Shown here: one piece after another, positions 11,535 through 21,453 of the stretch
Layout of the letters: the number at the start of each line of letters is the position of its first letter
Numbering within the stretch: the stretch's first letter is position 1
Program-made: the position numbers and the translations under genes
Notes under the pieces: generated by a model
Seen by the model: only the letters and a program-made list of their open reading frames with translations
Told to the model about the DNA's origin: nothing
Database searches by the model: none
Assembly: GCF_021378375.1 (NCBI RefSeq)
Contig: NZ_CP076228.1
Span: 570,001-602,000 of the forward strand
Source of the DNA: Wolbachia endosymbiont of Drosophila innubila
GTDB taxonomy: Bacteria; Pseudomonadota; Alphaproteobacteria; Rickettsiales; Anaplasmataceae
DNA length: 32,000 nt
Direction of reading: 5' to 3'

Positions 11535-12053
11535 TTACCTGTTTCCAACTATCTCGCTAATCTTTTTGCCTCTTTTGCTTGCTACCTGACGAGGAGATAA
11601 CATACTATCAAAAGCCTTAAACACCGCACATATAACGTTATGAGGATTACTTGATCTAGTGGATTTAGCTACCACATCCTTTATACCTAACACCTCAAAA
11701 ACTGATCTAATCGCTCCACCAGCAATAATACCTGTTCCGGCTCTTGCGGTTCTTAAAACTATCTCACCAGAACAAAATTTAGCTTTAATATCATGATGCA
11801 AAGTTCTACCTTCACGCAAGTACACTCTAATCATTGATTTCTTTGCAGCATTTACAGCTTTGACTCTTGCTTCAGCAACTTCTGCGTGCTTACCTATTCC
11901 ACACCCTACCCTACCCTTCTCATCGCCAACAACAACCAAAATTGAAAATGAAAATCTTCTACCACCTTTGGTAACCGTTGTCACTCTTCGTACCGAAACT
12001 AAAAGCTCTGATAAATCATTATTATTTTGTAAATTCTTTATAGCCATATTCAA
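11535..12053 (-). CDS. rpsE: 30S ribosomal protein S5
   Basis: [42 protein letters not shown]. Confidence 0.97.
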   Translation of the reverse strand: MNMAIKNLQNNNDLSELLVSVRRVTTVTKGGRRFSFSILVVVGDEKGRVGCGIGKHAEVAEARVKAVNAAKKSMIRVYLREGRTLHHDIKAKFCSGEIVLRTARAGTGIIAGGAIRSVFEVLGIKDVVAKSTRSSNPHNVICAVFKAFDSMLSPRQVASKRGKKISEIVGNR

Positions 12054-12059
12054 AACCTT

Positions 12060-12431
12060 CTAAAATTCAAATCCAGAACTTCTTAAAGCCTCAGCAAATT
12101 GAGAAACTAATCCTGTGTATTTATACGCTCCACGATCAAACGTAAGCTGCTGCTCTAATTTCATGCCAGACAGACGCTCAACCATTAAAGAAGAAACCTG
12201 TTTTATAGTTTCAGCGTTGACTTTCCCTTTACATACATCCTTAATTTTAGCATCCAAAGTAGAAGCTGAAGTGAGAGTTATTCCTTTTACATCATTAATT
12301 AACTGGACATAAAAATGCCTATTAGATTTAAATATGGATATACGTAAACGTTCAGCGCTCTTGTCAAGCTTCGCTCTATTACGTAACTTCCTTTTTTCAG
12401 AATTACTTAAAAAATTATACGATCTTTTCAT
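12060..12431 (-). CDS. rplR: 50S ribosomal protein L18
   Basis: RLRISIFKSNRHFYVQLINDVKGITLTSAST...FDRGAYKYTGLVSQFAEALRSSGFEF. Confidence 0.95.
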   Translation of the reverse strand: MKRSYNFLSNSEKRKLRNRAKLDKSAERLRISIFKSNRHFYVQLINDVKGITLTSASTLDAKIKDVCKGKVNAETIKQVSSLMVERLSGMKLEQQLTFDRGAYKYTGLVSQFAEALRSSGFEF

Positions 12432-12436
12432 TTTTA

Positions 12437-12982
12437 TTACTTCTTTTTACTTACAACCTTACGCAGCATAAATTTGCCTTTTATTACAACACCCTTACCT
12501 TTATAAGGATCATATTTTCTAATTTTGCATATATCAGACGCCACCATATAGACCTTCTGCTTATCCATACCACTAACTACTAAGTGAGTTGGCTTTATGC
12601 ACTTAATCTCAACATCTTTAGGCACTTTATATTTAACATTATGGCTATAACCAAGATATAAAGTCAAATACTTACCATCACACTCTGCCTTATATCCCAC
12701 ACCGTTAATCTCAAGATTAACAGAAAAACCATCAACCATGCCGTTAATGATATTATTAATATTACTCCTATAAGTGCCCCACATAGGCTTTATTTTATCA
12801 TAATTATCTTTATCTTGATCAACAGAAAGCAATAGCTGATTATCAATAATCTGACACACAACATCCCTGATCAAGCTAACTTCCTTTTCAGCCTTAGCAC
12901 TCTTTATTAACATACTACCATTATTATATTCAACTGAAACACCAGCAGGAATATTGATAGGAGCAGCACCTATACGAGACAT
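12437..12982 (-). CDS. rplF: 50S ribosomal protein L6
   Basis: MSRIGAAPINIPAGV...WGTYRSNINNIINGMVDGFSVNLEINGVGYKA. Confidence 0.97.
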   Translation of the reverse strand: MSRIGAAPINIPAGVSVEYNNGSMLIKSAKAEKEVSLIRDVVCQIIDNQLLLSVDQDKDNYDKIKPMWGTYRSNINNIINGMVDGFSVNLEINGVGYKAECDGKYLTLYLGYSHNVKYKVPKDVEIKCIKPTHLVVSGMDKQKVYMVASDICKIRKYDPYKGKGVVIKGKFMLRKVVSKKK

Positions 12983-12998
12983 GAATTTCTCCTATTAT

Positions 12999-13394
12999 TT
13001 AAAATACACGACACAAAACTTCTCCACCAACCTTTAATTTATGTGCATTATAATCAGTCATCACTCCTTTGGGTGTCGATATAATAAAAATACCAAGACC
13101 ATTATATGCTTTAGAAATGTCCTTATACTTAGAATAACGACGACAACCAGGCTTTGACACCCTAACTATGTCACTAATTACAGGTGACTTCTCATAATAC
13201 TTCAATTTTACAATGAAAGAAGGTAAGTTATCTACAACTTGCTTTTCATAATCAAGGATATACCCTTCCTCTTTTAAAATCTCCAATATAGAAGAATTCA
13301 TCTTAGAAAATAGTACCCTTGTTGCCCTATGCATTGCCAATTGAGCATTACGTATCCTTGTTAAAAAATCACCAATACTATCAGATAACGCCAC
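12999..13394 (-). CDS. rpsH: 30S ribosomal protein S8
   Basis: [14 protein letters not shown]...[33 protein letters not shown]. Confidence 0.97.
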
Positions 13395-13415
13395 AATATA
13401 CTCCTTATATTATAT

Positions 13416-13724
13416 TTACCAACTAGACTTTGTAACTCCTGGAATTTGCCCAAAAGAACATAAATCACGCAAAACAATTCTACATAAACCAAATTTTCTA
13501 TATACTCCTCTTGGTCTCCCAGTTAAAGCACACCTATTTCTAATTTTGGTTTTAGAAGAATTTCTAGGCAATTTTTTAATTAATTTATTTTGAGCTGTAA
13601 ACCTTTCTACAATAGACAAATTCTTATTATTTATTATAGATTTCAATTTTTCTCTTTTTTTTTTATATTGATCGCACAACTTTATTCTGCGAAGATTTCT
13701 TTCTATCATAGATTTTTTTGCCAT
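13416..13724 (-). CDS. rpsN: 30S ribosomal protein S14
   Basis: [41 protein letters not shown]. Confidence 0.97.
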   Translation of the reverse strand: MAKKSMIERNLRRIKLCDQYKKKREKLKSIINNKNLSIVERFTAQNKLIKKLPRNSSKTKIRNRCALTGRPRGVYRKFGLCRIVLRDLCSFGQIPGVTKSSW

Positions 13725-13740
13725 ATATTTCTCCTCTCAA

Positions 13741-14274
13741 TTAATCAAAAAAAGGAAATTTAAGAGCCAGTAATAATTCCTTTGCTTCCTTATCACTAAC
13801 TGCACTTGTTATAATATTAATATCCATACCTCTAATTTTACTTATTTTATCATAGTCTATTTCTAAAAACGAGATATGTTCCTTTATACCAAAGGAAAAA
13901 TTACCATTACCGTCAAATTGCTTCACACTAAATCCTCTAAAATCTTTTTCCCTTGGCAAAGCAATATATATCAATCTTTCTAAAAACTCATACATTTTAT
14001 CTCTACGCAAAGTTACTTTGCAACCTACTGTAGCACCTTTTCTGATCTTGAAGCCAGAAATAGATTTTTTTGCAAAAGTTGATAAAGGCTTCTGCCCAGC
14101 AATCAAATATAGGCTATCAAGTGGTTCATTTATTGCTTTACTATCTGTAGCAGCATCTCCAATGCCCATATTGATACACACCTTGACAAGTTTAGGCACT
14201 TGCATTATATTGCCGTAATTAAACTTATCCTTCAAGGACTTTACTATGCTATCTTTATACAATTCTTTAAACAT
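13741..14274 (-). CDS. rplE: 50S ribosomal protein L5
   Basis: [14 protein letters not shown]...[21 protein letters not shown]...FGIKEHISF. Confidence 0.97.
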   Translation of the reverse strand: MFKELYKDSIVKSLKDKFNYGNIMQVPKLVKVCINMGIGDAATDSKAINEPLDSLYLIAGQKPLSTFAKKSISGFKIRKGATVGCKVTLRRDKMYEFLERLIYIALPREKDFRGFSVKQFDGNGNFSFGIKEHISFLEIDYDKISKIRGMDINIITSAVSDKEAKELLLALKFPFFD

Positions 14275-14280
14275 ATCAAC

Positions 14281-14598
14281 CTAATCTATCACTTCTCCAG
14301 AAACTTTTGCAAAACGCACTTTTCTACCGTCTATAACCTTAAACCCCACTCTAGTTGGAGTTTTATATTTAGGGTCCAATGTTGCAACGTTGGATATATC
14401 AATAGCTAACTCTTTATTTAATATATCACCACTACTACCAGCTTTTGGTTTAGTATGTCTCTTATGCACATTCACTCCAGAAACAATTACTTTCTTTTTA
14501 GCATCACGTGCTATAACTTTGATTACCTTACCAATTTTTCCCTTATCTTTACCAGTTAAAACTATAACGTCGTCACCACTTTTTATTTTAGCACTCAT
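14281..14598 (-). CDS. rplX: 50S ribosomal protein L24
   Basis: [25 protein letters not shown]...[11 protein letters not shown]. Confidence 0.96.
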   Translation of the reverse strand: MSAKIKSGDDVIVLTGKDKGKIGKVIKVIARDAKKKVIVSGVNVHKRHTKPKAGSSGDILNKELAIDISNVATLDPKYKTPTRVGFKVIDGRKVRFAKVSGEVID

Positions 14599-14957
14599 TA
14601 TAAAACCTCAACAGCTAATGACATTATCTTCATAAAAGAACCAGATGATAACTTTTTTACCGGACCAAACACCCGAGTGCCAAATGGTTCACCTTGATCG
14701 TTAATCAAAACTACAGCATTGCTAGAAAAACGAATTACAGAACCATCAGATTTCCTAATAGGGCTTTTCACCCTCACCACAACTGCTCTATATACTTTTC
14801 CCTTCTCAACTTTCCCTCTTGGAGTAATGGATTTAGTAGATACAATAACTGTGTCACCTATAGATGCAGACTTTCTACCACCCAATAAACCAATACAAAG
14901 CACTGCACGCGCGCCAGAATTATCAGCTACTTCCAACAATGTATTTTTTTGAATCAT
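14598..14957 (-). CDS. rplN: 50S ribosomal protein L14
   Basis: [27 protein letters not shown]...[23 protein letters not shown]. Confidence 0.97.
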   Translation of the reverse strand: MIQKNTLLEVADNSGARAVLCIGLLGGRKSASIGDTVIVSTKSITPRGKVEKGKVYRAVVVRVKSPIRKSDGSVIRFSSNAVVLINDQGEPFGTRVFGPVKKLSSGSFMKIMSLAVEVL

Positions 14958-14970
14958 ATAAATATCCTAT

Positions 14971-15207
14971 TCAATGTGAGCTATTAACAATAACCCATTT
15001 TTTAGTAGTAGAAATAGGCTTGTGTTCTTGTATTAAAACCTTGTCCCCTTCTTTACAACTATTATTCTCATCATGTGCTGTATACTTCTTGTATTTTTTT
15101 ATAACCTTTTTATACAGCTCATCCTTATACACTTGTAATACCGAAACCTTTACAGTCTTATCACACTTAGCCTTAGTTACAGTACCACAAAAAACCTTTT
15201 TAGGCAT
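14971..15207 (-). CDS. rpsQ: 30S ribosomal protein S17
   Basis: MPKKVFCGTVTKAKCDKTVKVSV...YKKYTAHDENNSCKEGDKVLIQEHKPISTTKKWVI. Confidence 0.95.
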   Translation of the reverse strand: MPKKVFCGTVTKAKCDKTVKVSVLQVYKDELYKKVIKKYKKYTAHDENNSCKEGDKVLIQEHKPISTTKKWVIVNSSH

Positions 15208-15403
15208 TCTTTTCCTCTCTTCTTCTTTTATTTAATGTAGTTAAAATACGAGCTATGCTCTTTCTTATTAAGCTAAAACGCGAAATATTGTTGCACTGGC
15301 CCAGCTTCTTTTGAAAAACCAAATTAACAAACTCTTTTCTCAAATTCACAAGAATTTCATGCAATTCTTGCGAAGACCTCGATTCAATGTCAGCTATATC
15401 CAT
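15200..15403 (-). CDS. rpmC: 50S ribosomal protein L29
   Basis: 67 aa, SSQELHEILVNLRKEFVNLVFQKKLGQCNNISRFSLIRKSIARILTTL, between rpsQ and rplP. Confidence 0.9.
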   Translation of the reverse strand: MDIADIESRSSQELHEILVNLRKEFVNLVFQKKLGQCNNISRFSLIRKSIARILTTLNKRRREEKNA

Positions 15404-15414
15404 TGCAACTCCAT

Positions 15415-15828
15415 TTAATTATGATTAGATACAAATTTACACTTCATAGGAAGCTTAGCAGTTGCCTTTTCAAGCGCCAATCTTGCTAAATGCATGGGAA
15501 CATCACTGCTAATTTCAAACAACATTCTACCGGGCTTAGCTTTAAATACCCAAAACTCAACACTACCTTTCCCTTTACCCATACGCACATCCGCCGGCTT
15601 TTTACTAACAGGGATATCAGGAAAAATTCTTATCCACACTTTACCAGAGCGTTTTAATGTTCTAGATATTACACGCCTTGCAGTTTCAATATGCTTAGAT
15701 TGAATCCTACCTGCTTCCATAGCCTTTAGACCATAATCCCCAAAAGATAATGTGCTACCACCTTTCGTGTTACCCTTAATTCGTCCTTTAAATACTTTTT
15801 TATATTTACTTTTTTTAGGAATAAACAT
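15415..15828 (-). CDS. rplP: 50S ribosomal protein L16
   Basis: [19 protein letters not shown]...[43 protein letters not shown]. Confidence 0.97.
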   Translation of the reverse strand: MFIPKKSKYKKVFKGRIKGNTKGGSTLSFGDYGLKAMEAGRIQSKHIETARRVISRTLKRSGKVWIRIFPDIPVSKKPADVRMGKGKGSVEFWVFKAKPGRMLFEISSDVPMHLARLALEKATAKLPMKCKFVSNHN

Positions 15829-15842
15829 TTCAATATACCTAA

Positions 15843-16457
15843 TTAGTTACCAATATAAACCCAGACCTTAACTCCTATGATGCCATATATAGTTTTTGCT
15901 TCAGCAAAAGCATAATCTATATTAGCACGTAAAGTATGCAAAGGCAAACGGCCTTCTTTATACCACTCAGTACGAGCTATCTCAGCTCCGCCAAGGCGCC
16001 CAGAACAACTTACTTTAATACCTCTAGCACCCATCCTCAAACAACTTTGAATAGCTTTTTTCATCGCTCTTCTAAATGAAACCCTTTTTTCTAACTGCTG
16101 TGCAATGCTGTTTGATATTAAAACTGCATCTATTTCAGACCTTTTAACCCCTACTACATTCACTTCCACATTATTTTTTACTTTTTCAGCTATCTTTTGC
16201 TTTATCTTCTCAATATCCGAGCCTTTCTTACCTATTATCACTCCAGGTCTAGAAGAATGTATTATTACAGATACCAAATCGATCGTACGCTCTATAATTA
16301 CTTTAGAAACACCAGCATGCTTAAAAGATTCATTTATATAACTGCGAATAGATAAATCTTGATGCAACCCTTGTTTATAACCCTTCTCAGCATACCAAAT
16401 AGATGACCAAGTATTAATTATTTTTAACCTAAATCCTTTAGGATTAACGTTTCCCAT
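15843..16457 (-). CDS. rpsC: 30S ribosomal protein S3
   Basis: [27 protein letters not shown]...[16 protein letters not shown]...[30 protein letters not shown]. Confidence 0.97.
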   Translation of the reverse strand: MGNVNPKGFRLKIINTWSSIWYAEKGYKQGLHQDLSIRSYINESFKHAGVSKVIIERTIDLVSVIIHSSRPGVIIGKKGSDIEKIKQKIAEKVKNNVEVNVVGVKRSEIDAVLISNSIAQQLEKRVSFRRAMKKAIQSCLRMGARGIKVSCSGRLGGAEIARTEWYKEGRLPLHTLRANIDYAFAEAKTIYGIIGVKVWVYIGN

Positions 16458-16496
16458 ATTTTTGCACTTTCCTTATTAATTTTCTATTTTTATGAA

Positions 16497-16844
16497 TCAT
16501 ATAATTTCCCCCAACTTTACAGTTATATTACTATAACGTTTACTAACTCTATTAGCTCTACCCATAGCTTTTGGACATACCCTACGCAAAGTAAGAGACT
16601 TACCTATTAAAATTTCTTTTATATATAAATTATCGATATCCAATCCATAATTTTGAGCATTAGCAATCGCAGAATTTAATACCTTCCTTATAAGACCTGC
16701 AGCTTTCTTTTCACAAAATCTTAATTGCACAGTGGCAAAAGAAACTTTTTTATTACGTACTAAACCAGCAACCAAATTCAATTTACGAGGAGTTGATTTT
16801 AAAACCCTAGAACCAGCTTTAACTATTACATCTCTGTTTTTCAT
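16497..16844 (-). CDS. rplV: 50S ribosomal protein L22
   Basis: [26 protein letters not shown]...[29 protein letters not shown]. Confidence 0.95.
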   Translation of the reverse strand: MKNRDVIVKAGSRVLKSTPRKLNLVAGLVRNKKVSFATVQLRFCEKKAAGLIRKVLNSAIANAQNYGLDIDNLYIKEILIGKSLTLRRVCPKAMGRANRVSKRYSNITVKLGEII

Positions 16845-16849
16845 ATCAA

Positions 16850-17134
16850 TTACCTTCTTGTCGCCTTTTTATCACCACTATGCCCAGTAAATTTACGAGT
16901 GGGTGAAAACTCACCAAACTTATGACCTATCATATTCTGATCATTAACATTCACAGGAATGTAATCCTTACCATTATAAACAGCAAACTTTAAACCTAAA
17001 CAATTAGGAAGAATTACAGAGGCCCTGGAATGAACTTTTATAGCCATGTTAACAAACCCCTTGTTTAAAGCATTATTCACCGACTTTAATATAGAAGGAT
17101 GACAAAAAGGAGGCTTCCATGCAGATCTACTCAT
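16850..17134 (-). CDS. rpsS: 30S ribosomal protein S19
   Basis: [14 protein letters not shown]...[28 protein letters not shown]...[15 protein letters not shown]. Confidence 0.97.
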   Translation of the reverse strand: MSRSAWKPPFCHPSILKSVNNALNKGFVNMAIKVHSRASVILPNCLGLKFAVYNGKDYIPVNVNDQNMIGHKFGEFSPTRKFTGHSGDKKATRR

Positions 17135-17137
17135 AAA

Positions 17138-17962
17138 CTAACCTTTCAATTGTTTTATATACTTATCACTAGATTTATTTCTCCTTCGAGTTTTCTTTCC
17201 TTTTGTTGCAACACCCCAAGGAGTAACAGGATGACGACCACCAGAGGTTTTTCCTTCCCCGCCTCCATGAGGATGATCAACTGGATTCATTGCAACTCCA
17301 CGTACAGTAGGTCTAATCCCAAGCCACCTACTTCTCCCAGCTTTACCCAACTTTCTATTCTTATGGTCAGGATTAGATACTACACCAATAGTAGCCTTGC
17401 AAGAAGATAAAATCAACCTAATTTGACCAGACCTGAGTCGTAATAAAACATATTGGCCATCACGACCAACGATTTGTGCATAACAACCAGCAGCTCTAGC
17501 AATCGCAGCACCATTACCTGGCTTCAGCTCAACATTATGAACGAAAGAACCAACAGGTATATGCTTGAGTAGTAAACAATTCCCTGGCAAAATATCAGCA
17601 TCATTCCCAGCTGTAACAACATCACCTGGCTTCATACCTTGAGGAGCTAATATATAAGACTTAATATCATCTTCCTTATATGATATTAACGCCAAAAACC
17701 CACTTCTATTTGGGTCATACTCTATTTTTTCAACTATACCTTGACCACTTCTATTACGCTTAAAATCTATCACTCTATACTTCTTTTTGTGACCACCACC
17801 CCTATGACGAGTTGTAATTCTACCATGATTATTTCTTCCACCACTGGACTTTTTACCGGATGTAAGAGACTTTTCTGGCTCATCTTTTGATAAACCAACT
17901 TTACTTACTAACACAGTCCCACGAGAAGACGGAGTAACAGGATTAAAAAATTTCATACCCAT
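17138..17962 (-). CDS. rplB: 50S ribosomal protein L2
   Basis: [26 protein letters not shown]...[31 protein letters not shown]. Confidence 0.98.
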   Translation of the reverse strand: MGMKFFNPVTPSSRGTVLVSKVGLSKDEPEKSLTSGKKSSGGRNNHGRITTRHRGGGHKKKYRVIDFKRNRSGQGIVEKIEYDPNRSGFLALISYKEDDIKSYILAPQGMKPGDVVTAGNDADILPGNCLLLKHIPVGSFVHNVELKPGNGAAIARAAGCYAQIVGRDGQYVLLRLRSGQIRLILSSCKATIGVVSNPDHKNRKLGKAGRSRWLGIRPTVRGVAMNPVDHPHGGGEGKTSGGRHPVTPWGVATKGKKTRRRNKSSDKYIKQLKG

Positions 17963-17963
17963 A

Positions 17964-18251
17964 CTAAACGCTCATTATATCTAATTTTTGACCATCCATC
18001 AAAGAAAAATAAACTTTCTTTTTCTGTTTTTCACAACCAACCACACCCCTAAAACGCCTATATTTAGGCTTAATTCTAACAACATTTATAGAAGAAATTT
18101 TAACATCAAATAGAGACTCTATTGCCAACTTTATTTGACGCTTATTTACATTTACAAAAACATACAAAGAATATTTATTAAACTTCTCCCTCAAAAAAGA
18201 GGCCTTTTCTGTAATTATAGAAGATTTTATTATATTATTATATTTGATCAT
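17964..18251 (-). CDS. rplW: 50S ribosomal protein L23
   Basis: [60 protein letters not shown]. Confidence 0.95.
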   Translation of the reverse strand: MIKYNNIIKSSIITEKASFLREKFNKYSLYVFVNVNKRQIKLAIESLFDVKISSINVVRIKPKYRRFRGVVGCEKQKKKVYFSLMDGQKLDIMSV

Positions 18252-18862
18252 AACAATCTACCTTCAAGATGCTTTAAAGTATCTTTTGTCAACATCACGC
18301 ATTCGTGATTCAATATATCAAAAACATTTAACCCAATAGGTTTGATTAAGTCTACATAGTGCAAGTTTTTAGCCGCACGCAACAAATCATCTCCATAATC
18401 ACCAACTATCAAAAAGGAAGAAAATTTAAAATTTTTAATACATTTACACATTTCAGACGTTTTCTTCACATCAATATTTAAATTATCCAGAATAATTACT
18501 TGATTATTTAAATACTTTAGAGATAAAGCAATTTTTAAACCAAATTTGCGTACCTTCTTATTAAGAGAATAAGTATGACTCCTCACAACAGGGCCGAAAA
18601 TAATCCCACCACCTCTAAATTGAGGAGATCGCAAGCTCCCTTGTCTTGCCCTACCGGTACGTTTTTGACCATAAGGTTTAGCTGTTGTACCAGAGACATC
18701 ACTAATACCTTTTGTTTTATGAGTACCAGCTCTTCTCTTCGCTAATTGCCATCTCACTATATCATGCAAAATACTCAATTTTTGCTTAGCAGAAAATATC
18801 AAAGGATTGAGCTGAGCAGTACCTACATTATCATTAGATAGATTAACTAAATTACATTCCAT
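18248..18862 (-). CDS. rplD: 50S ribosomal protein L4
   Basis: QLAKRRAGTHKTKGISDVSGTTAKPYGQKRTGRARQGSLRSPQFRGGGIIFGP. Confidence 0.97.
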   Translation of the reverse strand: MECNLVNLSNDNVGTAQLNPLIFSAKQKLSILHDIVRWQLAKRRAGTHKTKGISDVSGTTAKPYGQKRTGRARQGSLRSPQFRGGGIIFGPVVRSHTYSLNKKVRKFGLKIALSLKYLNNQVIILDNLNIDVKKTSEMCKCIKNFKFSSFLIVGDYGDDLLRAAKNLHYVDLIKPIGLNVFDILNHECVMLTKDTLKHLEGRLL

Positions 18863-18864
18863 AA

Positions 18865-19587
18865 CTAACTTACCAAATTACTAGCATCATCATTTATATC
18901 TAACAGTAAACCTACCGGAAAAGGAACATCTTTATGTAAAGATTTTTTAACTGCATCTCTTACAAAAACATAGGAATTTTTAAACCCAGGAACATTATTA
19001 CCCTTCACAGCAATTATACTATTTTCATGATCAATGGATAATATCTTCATATTTTGTGCAGTTATCCTGCTGTTACCTAAATGACCAGCCATTTTCTTTC
19101 CTTTGAATACTCTACCAGGATCCTGACATTGGCCAGTGGAACCTTGTGATCTGTGAGCAATAGAAACACCATGAGATGCCCTAAGCCCACTGAAATTATG
19201 CCGCTTCATCACACCAGCAAATCCTTTACCTATAGAATAACCCGTAATATCAAGATATTGACCAACCACAAAATGATTGATTCCCACTTTTTTACCACAT
19301 TCTATTCCCGACAGGTCATTTAATCTACTTTCGTATAACTTACATTTATTATTTATACCCTTTTTCTTTAAATATTCCAACTGAGGTTTTGCTATATTTT
19401 TAAAATCTCCTGTGCCTAAAATGACTGAATTATAGCCACATTTATCTTGTCCTTTTATATCAATAATATGAGTTTCGCTGAGATGCAATAAAGTTACAGC
19501 CATGCGACTATTGTCAGAATACATAGCAGTATGACCAATATTCATCATTAGCAAACCAATTCTCCTCAGCGAATTTATTCTCTTCAT
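18865..19587 (-). CDS. rplC: 50S ribosomal protein L3
   Basis: GLLMMNIGHTAMY...DITGYSIGKGFAGVMKRHNFSGLRASHGVSIAHRSQGSTGQCQDPGRVFKGKKMAGHLG. Confidence 0.97.
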   Translation of the reverse strand: MKRINSLRRIGLLMMNIGHTAMYSDNSRMAVTLLHLSETHIIDIKGQDKCGYNSVILGTGDFKNIAKPQLEYLKKKGINNKCKLYESRLNDLSGIECGKKVGINHFVVGQYLDITGYSIGKGFAGVMKRHNFSGLRASHGVSIAHRSQGSTGQCQDPGRVFKGKKMAGHLGNSRITAQNMKILSIDHENSIIAVKGNNVPGFKNSYVFVRDAVKKSLHKDVPFPVGLLLDINDDASNLVS

Positions 19588-19596
19588 TTCCTTCTC

Positions 19597-19935
19597 CTAA
19601 ACCTTAACTTCCTTGACTTTTAAATCCACTTCTACGCCAGCAGAAAAAGATAAACCTGTAAGCATCTGCATCATAGTAGGAGTAAGATCATGTAAAACAA
19701 TCAAACGCCTAGAAGTTCTCATTTCAAACTGTTCACGAGATTTTTTATCAACGTGAGGAGATCTATTAACAATAAATTTAGAATCTTTCCTTGGCAACGC
19801 AATCGGACCAGATAATTTTGCACTGGACCGCTTTAATTCATCAACAAATTTTCGAATACACTCCTCCAATAAAGAACAATCGAAAGCCTTAATGTTAATA
19901 TATATATCTTGCTTCATCTTAGTTACTACACTCAC
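19597..19935 (-). CDS. rpsJ: 30S ribosomal protein S10
   Basis: [22 protein letters not shown]...[39 protein letters not shown]. The true start may be the internal Met at MKQDIY. Confidence 0.96.
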   Translation of the reverse strand: MSVVTKMKQDIYINIKAFDCSLLEECIRKFVDELKRSSAKLSGPIALPRKDSKFIVNRSPHVDKKSREQFEMRTSRRLIVLHDLTPTMMQMLTGLSFSAGVEVDLKVKEVKV

Positions 19936-21103
19936 TCCAAAATTTCAGAAACAACACCAGAACCAACAGTTCTACCGCCTTCTCTTATCGCAAAACGCAA
20001 TCCCTTATCCATTGCTATCGGTACTTGCAATTCTACTTCTACACTCACATTATCTCCTGGCATTACCATCTCCTTCCCATCTAGCAATTTTATGCTCCCA
20101 GTTACATCCGTTGTCCTTAAATAAAACTGTGGCTGGTAATTCGCAAAAAATGGTGTATGCCTTCCTCCTTCCTCTTTCTTTAATATATAAACCTCCGCCT
20201 TAAACTTTCTATGCGGTGTTATCGTCCCCGGTTTCGCTAATACTTGCCCTCTCTCCACTTCTTCTCTTTTTGTTCCTCTTAACAATATTCCTACATTGAG
20301 TCCTGCACTTCCCTTATCCAGCAACTTCTTAAACATCTCAACACCTGTGCATATCGTCTTTTGCGTCGCTTTCAGACCTATTATCTCTATCTCTTCTCCC
20401 GTCTTTATCTCTCCCTTCTCTATTCTTCCTGTTACCACTGTTCCTCGCCCCGATATCGAAAATACATCTTCGATTGGCAATAAAATGGTAAATCCACAGG
20501 CCTTGGTGGAACCGCTACATATTCATCTAACTTTTCCATCAATTTATCTATTGATTTCTTTCCATATTCGCTGCTGTCATCCTCCAGCGCCTTGAGCGCT
20601 GAACCAACCACCACAAGCACTTCATCCCCTGGAAATCCGTATTTACTCAGTAATTCCCTCACTTCCATTTCTACTAAATCTATCATATCAGCATCAGCAA
20701 CATCAGCTTTATTTATATACACCACGATATATCCAACACCTACCTGCTTCGCCAGCAATATATGCTCTCTCGTTTGTGGCATTGGCCCATCAACCCCCGA
20801 CACTACCAATATCGCCGCATCCATCTGTGCTGCACCTACTATCATGTTCTTTACATAGTCAGCGTGTCCAGGACAATCAACGTGTGCATAATGCCTTTTC
20901 TCTGTCTGATACTCAACATGCGCTGTTGCTATCGTTATCCCCCTCTTCCTTTCTTCTGGCGCTTTGTCTATCTGATCGTACGCTACAAAATTTCCATAAT
21001 GCTTCGTTATCGCCGCTGTTAACGTCGTCTTTCCATGATCCACATGTCCTATTGTTCCCACATTTACATGCGGCTTTCCAAATGCTTCCACTATTGCTGT
21101 CAT
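19932..21103 (-). pseudogene. tuf: Elongation factor Tu, split by a -1 frameshift (pseudogene, or sequencing/assembly error in a real tuf)
   Basis: Two abutting minus-strand ORFs. 20432-21103 covers [10 protein letters not shown] through [12 protein letters not shown]; 19932-20480 covers [22 protein letters not shown] to [10 protein letters not shown]. Total is 1172 bp, not divisible by 3. Confidence 0.95.
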
Positions 21104-21181
21104 AATTTAAACTTTTCTACCTAAAATACAAATACATCAATAAATAATATGTTGATTTTATAAAAATACAACAAAAAAAAG

Positions 21182-21252
21182 AGCGGATAGTGGGAATCGA
21201 ACCCACGTCACTAGCTTGGAAGGCTAGAGCTCTACCATTGAGCTATACCCGC
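21182..21252 (-). tRNA. tRNA-Gly (anticodon TCC)
   Basis: Minus strand GCGGGTATAGCTCAATGGTAGAGCTCTAGCCTTCCAAGCTAGTGACGTGGGTTCGATTCCCACTATCCGCT. 7-bp acceptor stem, TTCGATTC T-loop, TCC anticodon. Confidence 0.95.
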
Positions 21253-21256
21253 ACAA

Positions 21257-21339
21257 TGGAGGAGGTAGGATTCGAACCTACGCACGCTCACGCGGACAGA
21301 TTTACAGTCTGTTACCTTTAACCACTCGGTCACTCCTCC
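21257..21339 (-). tRNA. tRNA-Tyr (anticodon GTA)
   Basis: Minus strand GGAGGAGTGACCGAGTGGTTAAAGGTAACAGACTGTAAATCTGTCCGCGTGAGCGTGCGTAGGTTCGAATCCTACCTCCTCCA. Class II tRNA with long variable arm and GTA anticodon. Confidence 0.95.
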
Positions 21340-21453
21340 GCAAAAATTTGTTAAGAGAATACTATTTTAGCATCTTAACTTAAGCTCTTATTGTATTTAA
21401 TACTAAACGCCTAAAATTAAAAAATCAAGCAATAAAACCTACCCTGATTAAAA

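Noticed and set aside
11531-11535. Missing rpmD (L30) between rpsE and rplO as a novelty
   Set aside because: The genes are adjacent without L30, but absence of L30 occurs in several bacterial lineages and is not informative here.
20296-21105. Plus-strand ORFs antisense to tuf
   Set aside because: Byproduct of the codon pattern of tuf; no similarity visible and no independent signal.
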